A model generated the notes under the pieces. It did no database searches and was not told where the DNA came from. It worked only from the letters and a program-made list of their open reading frames with translations. The position numbers and the translations under genes are program-made. Positions 30,496 through 44,267 of a stretch of DNA of 64,000 nt are shown here, piece by piece; position 1 is the first letter of the stretch, and every line of letters begins with the position of its first letter. The stretch comes from Paraspadella gotoi (taxonomy: Eukaryota > Animalia > Chaetognatha): NCBI GenBank assembly GCA_051294375.1, contig CM119265.1:16245750-16309749 (forward strand), written 5' to 3'.

Positions 30496-31874
30496 ATGTC
30501 GCACGCCAAGTACCATCCGGCGCCGACGACGGGCAGCGGCGCCCCGGAATTGCCTCAGCCTCGTCCGCATTCGGCGCCGAGAAGAAACGCGCCTACAGAC
30601 GGCTTCGTTTACAATCACGCAGCATTCACCAAAGCCATCGACAATGCGGAGAGGGACCATGTGAGTCTTCGTCGACGCTCCGGTTTTAAATACGATCTAT
30701 TTACAAATCTTTTTTTTTTTTCAAAAATTAAAGTAATTAATTAGGAGATCGTGAAATTGAACGTTTTTTTGCACGGCCCCCTTTTCGTAATGGCGACCCA
30801 AAAAAAAAATGGGGGAGGGCGAGGAGGGACATTTCAGCGCTCTCCAAATCCGAACCTCGGTCTCGTTTAATAGCCACACCACCTTCGTTAATTCGACCCC
30901 ATTCCTCCCAGGCCGACGACCCAGACGAGGTCCGCCTCCCTCTTCCTCCTCACGAACTCGGATTCTCCTCCCCCTCCTCCCCTTCTTCTCGTCATCGCCG
31001 TCGTCGTCGTTGCCTCTTCTACGTCCTCCTCCCTTCCTCCGTCCTCTTCGTCGTCGTCATCCTCTTCGTCGTCATCCTCCAAGCGTCGCAACACGAACGA
31101 CTGGTCAAGAAGCTGGCCGCGTTGGAGGACGAGCTGGCCACGTCGAGGCGCGCTTACCAGTCGCGCTCGCTCGTCGTGAGCGCGGCCACCGTCGGCGGCG
31201 TCCGCGTCAACGGTCACGCCACGTTGCTCAACATCACGGACGTAGAGACGTCGGAGGCGACCATTTGCCTGAAAGCGAAGACGCCGCTTGCCGGCTTCGG
31301 CCCGCTCTTTCATGTTCGCCACGCCGGCGCCAATCCCGCGTCACAGGTGGCGTTGCACGAAGAGGGCGGCGTCTTTCGCGCCTTCGTCGCGGACGAGACG
31401 AAGCGATGGAAAGAGAGCAGCGTGGGAGGATTTGGATCGGAACGGGGAAAGTGGAGCCGCGTGTGTTTGACTCTTGGGCCAGTAGAGGAGACCGACTGGA
31501 GCGGAAGCGCCAAAGGTCCTTCTCCCTCTCTTCGCCTCCATCTCAAAGTCAACGGTCACGAGGCGTTCACTGCAGAGTTTGATGCGGCGTCGTTTCGCCT
31601 CCGACCCGGCGCCTTTCTCCAGATCGGACGCTTTGTCGACGCCAGCGTCCGCGACTTTCTCGGCGTCTCGTCTCACATCTTCGAAGGGGAAGTCTCCGAC
31701 GTCAACGTCTGGCGTCGGGTTCTTCCCGACGATCGACTCGACGAAGCCTCGATGCGATGTCCGCGGACCAGGCACACTGGCGACGCGCTGGGATGGTTCC
31801 CAATGAAGGAGAGGGTGGTGAGGGACGGGATGGTGGAGGCGGTGTGGCGGCAGCACTGCTGGGAGGAAGAGTGA
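30496..31874 (+). CDS. Type II membrane protein with a short coiled coil and C-terminal pentraxin/laminin-G-like domain, 375 aa
   Basis: Exon 30496-30660 (|gtgagt) splices in phase 0 to 30912-31874. RHRRRRR is followed by the hydrophobic CLFYVLLPSSVLFVVVILFVVIL, then ERLVKKLAALEDEL, and pentraxin-like motifs ATICL, GKWSRVCLT, FLQIG and FEGEVSDVNVWRRVL..C..GDALGW. Confidence 0.8.
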
Positions 31875-32538
31875 GAACGAAAGGGTGGAATGTATTGAAG
31901 GGAGAAGAGAGCAAAGGAAATTGTCGAAGGACTTGAACTGACGATTTGGACAAAGAATGGGACGTTGATATTTGATGTTGAGATCAAAGATTTTTAGTTG
32001 ATACCATTTTGTATACTCTGGGCGCACTTTTATTCTAATCTTTGAAAGAACTGGTTAAAGTATTTGCTACGTAATGCTAATTTTATTTTAAATTACATTC
32101 AATTGTGAATCAAGGTTGCGAATCCAATTTGCTTTTTGAAATCTTTACATCAATTTTTGGGGGATTCTCAGCTTTCTGATTTTGATTACATTTTTGATGA
32201 TTTTTATTGTTCTCGAGATTTTTACAATCCGCTTTAGCTGAGAATTTATTCAAGCTCAAGACAAGAGCTTGTTTGTTCTTGAAAAAAAAAATCAGGATCT
32301 TCGTTGGCAAAATCATTTCTGAACTCTTCAGACCACCTGTATCTTTTATAGATTGAATTTTATTTTATAGTTGGATTTGTTATAAAACTAATTCTTCAAA
32401 CGACTGTATTTTCTAAAGTAAACATTCTGTGAACTTTTTTTGTTTATTTTTTCCCACAGAAATTCGATTAACTCAAAAAAATATGACGCTGAAATCAAAA
32501 TTGAGGATCGTGACGAATTTTCTGGATTTAGCTTCTCT

Positions 32539-32585
<47 letters not shown>

Positions 32586-32829
32586 CTCTCTCTCTCTCTC
32601 TTCATATATCTTTTTATCTCGCCTTTTCAAATCATGTAAAAAATAACCTTGGCATAGAAGTAAGTCTTACTATAACTATTACTACAACCAATACTTTTAG
32701 AGAATTTTCGTCAAAATATTGTTACTCGTTCGACATAAAATTGACACTCAAAAATTCCATGCATTTTTAAAATCTCGAATTTTATGAAAGCTAAAAAAGT
32801 TAGTAGAGATTTCTTGTATTAAAATTTAA

Positions 32830-34492
32830 ATGGAAGACAACGACGACGACGATAATGACGTCCCCTTGCATCTAAAAGCCGCCTTAGAATTCGTACGTGA
32901 CGTCTTTTCGAATGCTATTTCAAGCTAAAGCTGATCTTTTGTTTGAAAATAAACTCAAATTCCGCGGCTTCTGAAGAATAATAGGAAAATCGTGAATAAA
33001 TATCGCAAAAAAATAAATAAACACTCGTCTGAACAAAACGTTTTCGACATTTTTCTTCACCATGACCGAGTTTTTCGTTTCTCCAAATCGTCGGGACGAC
33101 TCCTCTGATTGGTCGACGAGCTCGACTCAAGATTCTGACCAATCAGAAAACGCTGGGAGCGGCAAAGGCGGCGTAGAGGACGGCGATGACGCAGGCGAAA
33201 AAAAGGACGTCGGATCCGAGGATTCGTCGTCGTCGTCGTCGTCGTCTTCGTCTTCGTCGTCATCCTCTGAGGGCAGCCTTTCCTCCGTGTCTCTTGGAGC
33301 AGGTGGTCGTTAACTTTTTACAATCGGAGGTAGGTTGGTAGTTCTTGTTTCGTTTCTTAAGTCTCTAGTCTTTTAATGTTTAGAAAACCAGGCGGATGAG
33401 ATGCAACGGATTGCCGAAGACGTGAGAAGCCTTTGTCTCGAGATGTACAAGTGTCAGTATTATTGGTCCAAGGCAATAGGTAATTAGGTATAAAGCATTT
33501 GGAGATATCATTTAAGGGGAGACCACAGAATGGAAAGTCTAATCTTAGCCTTTCTCAATCTACGTATTGCCAGTTATATATTATAGGCTTTATATATGGA
33601 TGCGTGGGCTTTATTCATAAAATGTTTTTTTGTTTTTGTTTACGAAGAAAAGATACTTATTCTTTATAACCAGATCGTTTATTTAACAATCAACATATTC
33701 AATGCAGATCCGGTTAGTTTAGTGAAAGAGTTCCTCCAATGCCTGGAGGCGGACGACGACGACGGCATCGTTTCGCTCTGGAGGATGTTCGAGCATTTCT
33801 TCGAGTTAAGCGGACGCCCTTCCGGGAGGATCATGCAGATCACCGTCGAGTCCGGGTGAGACACGGATTGCGCGCATCTTGGGTTGTTCTTCTTTTTGAT
33901 GCGAGGTCATTTGACGGTGTTTCGCAGTGAAAAGGATTTTAATATCTTAAGAAGAGAAAATATCTTGAACACAGGCTTGATGTAGCGTCTTATCGTTTTT
34001 ACTTTTCCCCTCTATTCTCTTGGTATCCAACCTTCAATGTTTTTTTTTATTGCTGTCGCCAAAAATCTTTAAAAATCTTAAATCCATTTTGCGAAATATT
34101 TTTTACCACATCCCCTTTTACCACAGAATTTCAATTTCATATATTTTTCATGATTTCTTTGTACTAGTTTCATTTCCAGTTTTATCTTTTACTAACTGGT
34201 TCAAACCTTAACTCTTCATTTTTTCCAATCTTTGAGAAATTTCAAATCGCAAACTCGGTATCCAATCCGTCCTCCGCATCTCGTATTCATTACCCACCAT
34301 CCATCCATCCATCCATTCATTACCCACCATCCAATATTCATGGATCCCAAACTTTCCAATTCATTCTCGCTTTTCTCTTTTCATCTCAGACGACGAGACT
34401 CGTTTTTACGAATTCTTCTTTCACCGATGATAATTTTTCCTCGAAACGTTTATTTATTTTTTTCGAAATCTTTTTCCCCATTCGTTCCGCGT

Positions 34493-34533
<41 letters not shown>

Positions 34534-34538
34534 CAACT

Positions 34539-34588
<50 letters not shown>

Positions 34589-37233
34589 TCCCTCTCCCCT
34601 TTCCTTTCCTCTAACCGTTTCTGTCTCCGACTGAATTCCCGGCTGGTTTTTAGCGACTGCTATTAAACTTCCTCCAACCGGCTTTACCCGTTTGTTCTCT
34701 TTTTATATTCGATGGGCGACGAATCTCTCGCACTCGTAGACAATGGTGGACATTGGTGGTCGTCTTTGTGGACGTTTTGGCGGTCATTGTGGTTGTCGTA
34801 AACGCAGTTTATGTTAAAGGCGTTGCCGAACATATCTTCCCCATTGAAGAAATGTTTTTTTTTAAATATTTTCAGACTGACGTTTTTTTAAGTTATGGTC
34901 TCTGTGTTTAAGAATATATTCATTATACAGTGACAATAACGACTAAATTTTTAAAAAAGATTATGCATAGACATTAAAAGTTGATCTCTTATCGATTGGG
35001 AACTCGGAACTTCAAACAGTCAACTTAATCAAAAGCGACATTTTTTTATCGAACAGGGGATATGATTTTCGTCTTGAAACTTGATCGGGTGGTCCTTTAT
35101 ATTCTGTGTGGTGGTTAACTTATCTTTTTACGCCTAAAGTCTACTGTAAGCTCTACCCCTCCACCCCACCGCTTCCGTTCTCCTTCCGTCTCGCTAATGG
35201 CTTCCCGCTTTTCCTTTTATCCCCCCCCCCCGGGACGGCGCGGCGATTCCGCTTTCTCTCCCGCGAGCCCGAGGATTCTCTTCGCCCCACCTTCCGACCA
35301 TTCGGCTTCTTCCGCGGTTCAATGACGGTTTAATGGAAAACTTTTGGCGGCGAACGGACTTCGATGGATGACCACGAGGGCAAATGGTGGAATATAGAAA
35401 TGCTGTTGGCGCCCGGAGGAGGCTGATGGGTGTCTACTGTCTAGGCAGGAAGTTTGGCCGCAAATCGTGGCCTCTCCCCCCCCCCTAAAAAAGACAGTGT
35501 TGTGTATTTTCTGTAACTTGAAGCTAACTTCTGCGGCGTGAGAAAAATATGTATTATCAGTCTTATTGCCAAAAGTTATTGATAGAGATCTTCCAACGCC
35601 GACCGACTGACAATTGTTATAAGTGACGAAAAAAAAGAAAAAAAACCGACAATTTTATTGTCCTCAAATGATTATAGGAAACTAACTATCAAACGTCGTC
35701 AAACTCTGTCATTCATGTTCCTTAATTATTTTTTTTTCCAAAATATTTTTCAATTGAATTTCGGTTTTTCTTAATTTTCCTTTTTCTCGCTGTGTTATTT
35801 TCCTTTTTTTTTCCAACAATTCTTTCTTCACAATTATACCATTTCCCTCGTTTACTATCTTTCCTCCACATTCTGTCACTATCTCTCTCCTCTCACTCTT
35901 CTGCCTTTTTCCAGGTTCGATCTCTTTATGCGAATCTTCCTCTCCAAATTCCCGGCCACCTTGCGACGGGAGGAGGAAGACTCGTCCGTTGTTCTTTTCA
36001 CGGCCTCGTTGTTGCGATGCACCGCCGTCAGATGTCTCCCGATACTCGACAAGATGATCAAGTAAACTTCATGATGATTTTTGTTGTTGTTGTTTTCTTT
36101 GGTGGTTGATTCACTAATTTTTTTCAATGTTGTTGGCATTTTGTGTCCGTTTGGGTGGGTCCATTTCCACCCCAAAAAATCCTTCCACGCTCCGTTGAAA
36201 TTTAATTTAGAAAAGTGAAAGCGATCAAATTTAAGCGCGTGAAATCCTCGCTAGCCTCCAATTTTTTTCTCTTTTTTTGTTGAAAAAAATTTATGACAAC
36301 GAGTGCCGCCTACTTTTTATTCCTCGAAAAAAAAAATTACATGATTTATTCCGCGCCTCTGGCCAATTTTTTTTTATCCATTTCTCCTTGTGCTCTAGTT
36401 TGGTTTGCAATTTCCAAAAGAAAAGGGTCTCCGGCTTCTGATTTGGAAAAAAAATAAAATTTGCAATGCTAACCAGCGCGCTTCTGCTTCGCCTTGAGGC
36501 AAATTGTCAATACCGCCTCCAGATTTAACATTCAGCTCTCCCCAATTTCTCTTTAAAAAGTTTTCGAATGACTTTTCACTCGGTCTACCCTTACCCCTTC
36601 TCCGGGCGTTCATGCCCCTCTTCCATTTCCCCCCCCTCCCCAGATATCGCCACGCTGTCTTCCCCATTTTCTCCCGGATGTTGAGCTTCGACGTTTCGTC
36701 TTCCGTCCGCTTGGCGCGCGACGGTCTCTTCCTCCTCAGCCTCTTCCTCCTCTTCGTCGATTCGCCGGTCGTCGTGGCGGAGGCGTTGGCCGTCGGGCTC
36801 CTTCATTTCCCGACGCTGGCCGCCATCTGCGGGCCGTACGATGAGACGGAGTGCGAGGTAAACGACGACGACGCCGCCGGCGCCGCCTCAGAGGACGAAG
36901 AAGAGCGCGATTCAAAGCGCCACCTGCTCTCGAAATTGTTGGAGGCGTTGATTCACGTTTCGACGCTGGGAGGACGAGACGTGCGGCGCCATCTGCTTCT
37001 TGGCGGCGCCATGATTTGGCTTTGGGAGTTGGAGGCGCGCGTGGCTAAGTTGGTGGCGCCGCCGAACGCGTCTGCGTTTTGGGAGGGAACGTCGACGCAG
37101 ACGCCCGTTGAGATGGAGATGCGGACGGAATCGACGAAGACGAAGACGAAAAAGAAGACGAAGATGACGACGACGAAAGGCGATCAGAAGACGAAGTTGC
37201 GACGAAGACGAAGAAAACGACGAAAGCGACGTA

Positions 37234-37274
<41 letters not shown>

Positions 37275-40156
37275 TTGGGCGTCGGGACGAACGAGGCTCT
37301 ATCCGTTGAAGAAAGCGGCGACGACTGCGAGGACAGTGCCGACGGCGGAGACGGCGGCGACGGTGTAGGAGGCGGCGACTGCTCTAATCTTTCCCCGTCG
37401 GAAAAGGAGATCGCTCGAATGGAGTTGTACGAGTACGACTACGACGAATACGACGATAAAGATGACGACGACGAAGACGACGAAGACGACGACGAAGAAA
37501 AGGTCGACGAATCGAAAATCGTGATCGAGATCGAAAGTCAAAAGGGTGAAAATCTCGAAAGAAGAGATGAAAAAGAAGGGATCGACGGGGACGGCGAAAA
37601 TGACGACGACGACGACGACGATCGTGAAAAAGAGGAAGGCGACGTCGACGACGACGAAAACGAAGAATTCAAAGGACGAAGTCGCCTTTTTCGATCCGAC
37701 GATCGCGAGGAGAAGAGAGAGACGGAGGGGAAGGTGGGAGACTTGAAGGAGGAGGAGGAAGAGGTGGAGGAGGAAAAGGAGGAGACGAGGAAGGAGGAAG
37801 AAAATAAGGCTGAGCAGAGAGAGAATAATTCGGAGGAGGAAAATTCTCTTTCCGAGGAAAATGAGAACCGAAATTGCGCGCCGGAAGACCCGCCTCGGCG
37901 CCGGGATCCGGAGAAGCGTCGCTCGCCCGACGAAGACGACGAAGACCGTAAAGAGGAAAATAACGACGACGACGACGACAAAGAAGACGAGGAAAAATCA
38001 AAGAACAACGAGGAAGTCACCGTCGAAGGAGAAATTGCAGGCGACGTTTTTCCGGTCAAACAATTTTATGGATTTTTTTCGGGAGGGGGGACTGGGGGGG
38101 TAGGATTTTTTTCCCTTCGAGGAAGATGGCGGTAGGTGGAGATAGGCGGTAGGAGGCGGAAATAGGCGGGCAGGCAGGTAGAGATAAACCGGAGGGCAGG
38201 CGGAGATAAGCGGCCAAGCAGGTGGAGATCGGCAGGAAACTACAATATAGAAATCGTTGAGATAAGGACACGAAGACCGTGGGGTTCGAAAGAGAATCCC
38301 GCTTGACTGTGAGTGGAGAAAAGAAATGAAAACAGGAACGATTTCATTAGGAAAGAAAGTCGGAAAGAGGACGTTCTTATAATTTGAGGTCCAAATACTT
38401 GAAAGGCTCACAGATGGGAGATCCCAGATGAGATTCGAAAGATGACAGATAAGTTATAAGAGGTGAGAAAGGTCGAGAGATGAGAGATGAAAGATGCGCG
38501 GGAAACCGACGGAAGATGGCGCAGGAGATTGAAGAGACGGAAGCGACTCGAAGGATAAAAATAGATTACGTTGGAGGTCGACGTCGAACGCAGACTTCCG
38601 ACTGAAGAGTTAAGACACGTCCCAGTTATTTTTAGCTTATTTTTAACGATAATAATCAGGCTTCTCGGATGGATAGGATAGGCGTAGTAATCGGGGTCGT
38701 TATTCTCTCTCTCTCTCTGTCTCTCTCGTCTGTCTCTCTCTCTCTCTCTCTCTTTCTCTTTAGCTGTCCACAATTTTAGTCCTTTCATTCATTCGTTGGG
38801 TCCTTAATTGATAATTATTTTATAATCAATTTCTTTTCCGTTCATTTACCGTTTTCTTTCATTAGTGCGTCGCCGGCAACGCCTCCAGCGCCCCGGGAAT
38901 CCCGCCGACCGTAAAAGGCATCGAAACTGAGGGTAAGTCGGAAATCCGAGGCCACGAGTGAAATGTCGATTAGCAGCAGCGAAATCGATTCAACCAAAAC
39001 AAAAAAAACCTGAAAACTTGAAAGTGGAGCGAAACTTTGGAAAAAAGATGTTAAAAATTCAGTGACGAACCGAAGTAATTTTGACGAAGCCGCCAACGCA
39101 AACTCGAATACCGACGACAAGGCCAACGCCAACGCCAACGCCAACGCCAACGCCGGCGGAAACTCAAAATGTGACAAAGAGACAAAAAGGTAAGTAAAAA
39201 ACCTTCATTTGAAAAAAAAACATCTGTCAATCTTTTTTTAATTTCTTTTTTTTTGTTGTTGTTGTTTTTTTACTTTTTTCCCTCCATCTCGATTTTTTTA
39301 GTTTGCCAAGGGTGAAAATTGGCTGAGAAAATAAAATATAGTTTTTATTTTTAATTTTTAGTAGAATGATGGACTGGTTGGTTGTATTTTAACAAAGTTA
39401 GATCTATTACTTTGTAAGATGCTTTGGTAGATTCTGTGCTTAGTATTTATTTTTAATTCTTTTATCCCTTATCTTTTCTCCTTACGTTTCGTTTAAAACG
39501 TTCGTGACTGGTGAACATTTGTCGCCTTATCTCAAAAAAGAGTCGCCCTGTCTCTTTCCATTGCCGTCTTTTTCTCGCTGACAAGCGACCCCGAGAGAAA
39601 CGGACGTTCGGGGTCAGCGATTTTCAGTTTTGTTTTTTTGTTTTTTTAAATATCCGGGTCTTTTCACATTTTTTTTTAGAGGAAGGAGGAATGGTTCTCA
39701 GTGCCGCCTTTAAAACGCCATCATGATGATGAAGATGATGATTGATTGATTGATTGATTGATTGATTTATTGATTTGTTGGTAAGTTGGTTGGTTGGTTT
39801 GGTGGTTGGTTGGTTGGTCAGCCGAGAGTCATGGCGATTTAATAACGGGCTTCGGTATGACCCTGTCGAAGGAAATTTATTGTTTTCTATGCATCATTTG
39901 AATTCCAGAGACTCTTTTTCTTTTTCTTATCTTGCCTCCTTTTTCTTTCCCTCTTTTCATTTTTCTCTCACTTTCGTCCTTTGTCAAATGAAACCCTTTT
40001 TTCAGTCTCTCGCCAGGTGACCTTTCGACCTCCATCCCGCGCAGGTTCGCGAATCTGAGTCGCCATCATCTCCTGGTGAAAACCTTGATCTCTACGTTGA
40101 ACGGGGAAGAGACGACTTATTTTAAAGGCGAGAGAGAGAGAGGGAGAGGGAGAGGG

Positions 40157-40191
<35 letters not shown>

Positions 40192-40249
40192 AGAGGAGAG
40201 AGTGGAAAAGAAAAAAAATCTGAAAAAGGATAGCAAAGTAAGACAGGAA

Positions 40250-40322
<73 letters not shown>

Positions 40323-40392
40323 AGAGAGAGAAAGAGAGAGAAAGAGTGGGAAAAAGAAAAAAAGCTGAAAAAGAATAACAAAGAATAGACAG

Positions 40393-40456
<64 letters not shown>

Positions 40457-40556
40457 AGAGAGAGAAAGAGAGAGAAAGAGTGGGAAAAGAAAAAAAAGCT
40501 GAAAAAGAATAGCAAAGAATAGACAGAAAAAAATAAAGAGAGAGAGAGAGAGAGAA

Positions 40557-40602
<46 letters not shown>

Positions 40603-41237
40603 TTTGACGCTTTTCGACTCCACTATTTCAGGATGTTAAGCGCCGAGGAGCGAGCCTTGTCTTCGCTGCCCCCTTTTAAGCTGTGGTGTTCCAATCCTCC
40701 TTGTCAAGTCTCCGTGGATTCCGGAGTCGCCAAAGGAGGAGGTGCATTTGTTATGGATCAAAAGTGGGATGGGATTGTAGAAAGAGAAAAGAGAGAAAGG
40801 GACAAAGAGAGAAACAGTTATAGAAAGAAAGTTATCGTGAGAGGAAAGTGGAAGTGAAAGCTTTTTTAATGTAGAAAAAATAGTGAAAGAAAGAAAATAA
40901 GAAAAAGTAAAAAAAAAAAAAAAAAAGAAGATTGTCTTTTTTGGCGACCAGATTTCCCCCCCCCTCCTGCCCGTCGCCTCCTTGGTCTCCTCTCAAAAAC
41001 TTGCCAGACCGACTAATTTGATTCCCGACGGACCCTTGACCGCCCGAGGGGGTGGGGTTGGAAATGAGGCCCATAATCCATCGGTCTCGAACCCTGGTCT
41101 TTTTGACGAGAAGAGGCGACGGATAAAACTTTTGTTTTTGTCGTTCGGTCGCTCGCGACGCGAGCAGCATCGTTTGTCAATGTCCGCGTTTAGCGACTTC
41201 TGTCTCTCGTTTTTTTTTTGGCGGACAAAACAAAACT

Positions 41238-41272
<35 letters not shown>

Positions 41273-41289
41273 CAGAGGAGAGAGAAGAG

Positions 41290-41348
<59 letters not shown>

Positions 41349-41699
41349 TTGCGTAACGCGTGGTTGCGCAAGCGGGAGGGCGAGGGAGTTTCTTTAGTTC
41401 ATTCGCGCGAGAGCGATGGAGCGAATCTGGCGCCTACTGATTTCGAGGCGGCGACGAATTATGAGGATGAACTCGAGGGGCGCCGCTTTGGTCGCTGCGG
41501 CGGTTTTAATTGTGGGGGATGGTTGTGGTTGTCGCTGTGGATATCGTTGGACTTTGTTCCGGAGTTTTTCTGATCCAGTGATTTACATAAACGTTCTGGG
41601 AAAAATGGGGGCGTTGGAAGTTGAAGAATTAGGGTGGGAAAGAAACTAAGGATCACTCGTTTCGCTGAGTGATTTTGATACTGTACACTCACTCGTGAT

Positions 41700-41779
<80 letters not shown>

Positions 41780-42226
41780 AGAGAGTGTCACGAAACTAGT
41801 AACGAACTAGTCTCAGTGGACCTCTCCTCGCTCGTTGACCCGTCAGGCTGTTACTGGGTGACGCCGTCGTCCACTTGCCTCGTCTTCGCCGGTGTGAAGC
41901 CCTGTGTCACTGGCTTGGTGGAAAGGTCCGAGTCCATCACGAGAGTCTGAGGCTCCGGTCTTGTGTCCTCTTGGTGGCCCTTCGCCCGCAAGTCTCTGGG
42001 CTTGTCTTGTACTTGTGGGGCAGTCTTTGGGGCTCGTGGCCCTAACCACAGGACTAATGTAGAAAAGGTAGACTTGAGTGACGTGGCATCCTTGTCCGTA
42101 AAAGGCCGTTTGGGGACGGGTCTGAAGTCTGACTCTGAAACTGTGTGACTAGAAAAGTGAAGGAAACCGGTACAGGTAAGGCAAAGAAAGCAGACGAAAA
42201 AAGTACAAAGGAAACAAGTGAGCAAC

Positions 42227-42316
<90 letters not shown>

Positions 42317-43774
42317 TATGAAGCCGTTCGACGAAAGCATTTTCTTTTCGTTCCTAATAGTAATCTCCAAGTCCAAACCGTCCTGTACTGTTACACACTA
42401 CACACTACACCCTACGAATAGCGTTCTTATTTTTTTAGATTCAAATCAGGCGATTAAATAAACGAATAAGAAGAGAAGAGTTTAGGAGATTGAATCTCTG
42501 TGAATCATCCGGTTCGAGAGGTCGTGAAGCAGAAATCGGAGTGTGAAAATGGTAAAGCGTTTTTTTTTATCTGAAATAGCAGTAAAAAAAGTATAAAAAA
42601 AAACCCCGGTAGTAAAAAGGAAAACAAAAATATGGATAAAAAAGGGTTGGAGAAATGATTTCCTCCATTCCAAAGGTGAATGGGGATTTCCCTTTCTAAC
42701 CCGAATTCCTTTTTCCTTTTTTTTTTTTTTTCTTTCCTCTTTTCGCTCCTTATCTTTTTCGCCTTCATCTTCTCCGCTTATTCTTCCCCCTCTCTCTCTC
42801 TTTTTCTCTGTCTTCCCTCTCCGCTCCCTCCCGCGTTGGTATTTTTTTCTTGTATCGAAAATCGGGAGACAAATGTTCCCATTTTTTTTTCTCTCTCGCG
42901 GGATTCGCGTGGAGGAAAATTTTTATCGCGAAAAACCCTGGAGGAAAATAAAGGAGATGAAGGGTTAAGGAGGCGTTAATGTGCGTCGAGAAAAAGGGGA
43001 AGGTTTTGTCACTTTTTTTGGCCGGATGACGAAATTTGTATCGAGGCCTAGTTCCGTGATTTCTAAGTCGAAAATACGTACGAAATACGACGCGACAGCT
43101 AAACAGTTGCAAAAGTTAGTGACGATATGAATTGGGATAAAAATTGGGCCTGGTTGAAATCGTGGTCATTGAGCGGATGGTTGGTTTGGACGCTAAGCGA
43201 GGAAATCGATCGTGAGACGCTCGTTCGGCGTTTCAGGATCCTCGCTCGTTTTTTGGTAAATGAGGCCCCTTCGACGCAGCCGGGGTGGGGATCCGGCGCG
43301 GCTCTGACGAGCGTGTCGAAGGCAGTTGGTTGAGGATTTCCCGTAAATGATGGCCGTCGACTGTGGAGAATGGAGACCGCGGCAAAGAGGCCTTGAGAGG
43401 GTTGAGGACGGACGGTGGAGAAAGGGCGTCTCGGTAACGATCCGACGAATATGGATAAACACTCGCTCTGTTGTGAATGGCGTCACGTTAAAAAAGATTT
43501 ACTCTGGAAAACAGATTCATGGGCGTTGGATAAAGATTTTTAAACAAGAAGAATATTGAATCTTTGACCGAGAGATGGATGAAAGGATGCAAAGATGGAT
43601 GAGACGGAGAGACGGATAAAGGGAGAATTGGACGCCTGGTTGGGAAGCGATGGAAGGATTAAGAAACTTTTTAATGGAAAAATATTTAAGCATAGAGGCT
43701 GCGCGGTCTGTAAAGAAAGAAAGGAATAATCAAGAACGAAATGAAGGTAATAAACAGAAAATGAGAGAGAGAGA

Positions 43775-43830
<56 letters not shown>

Positions 43831-44178
43831 GGAACTCTCTTGATAAAAGGGTCGAGGATTTGCCATGTATGACGAATGAGAAGAACACAAGAAAGAAGTG
43901 AATGAACTGCGCGGGCAAGAGAGAAAAAACAGTCGGGAAAAGGGGGAATTGATATCATAATTGAAGGGAACATGTCATTTGGACAAACGAAGAGAGAGAT
44001 GATGATGATATTATTGATGCCCGAGCTTATATGTAGCTCTTAGTGCAATCATTTTTATAACGGAAGAATTTTTCCTGCCGCACGAGCTGTCTTAGGGCAT
44101 TAATACTACATAACGGTTTAAAAATTATTCAGTACTACTACATTAAAATCGCCTTCCGCACGTGCGGTCTTAGGGCGT

Positions 44179-44267
<89 letters not shown>

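Noticed and set aside
30809-32027. Overlapping long ORFs in other frames and on the other strand
   Set aside because: Shadow ORFs of the GC-rich pentraxin exon.
36504-36643. N-terminus of the 543-aa ORF
   Set aside because: Intronic pyrimidine tract; the exon starts at 36644 in phase with the upstream exon.
39822-39871. Second GA donor (GAAG|GAAATT)
   Set aside because: A canonical CG|gtatga donor in the same segment also gives a consistent phase, so it is not evidence for a GA donor.
39968-44266. Many SLSLSL/RERERE ORFs
   Set aside because: These are stop-free translations of (AG)n/(CT)n microsatellites.
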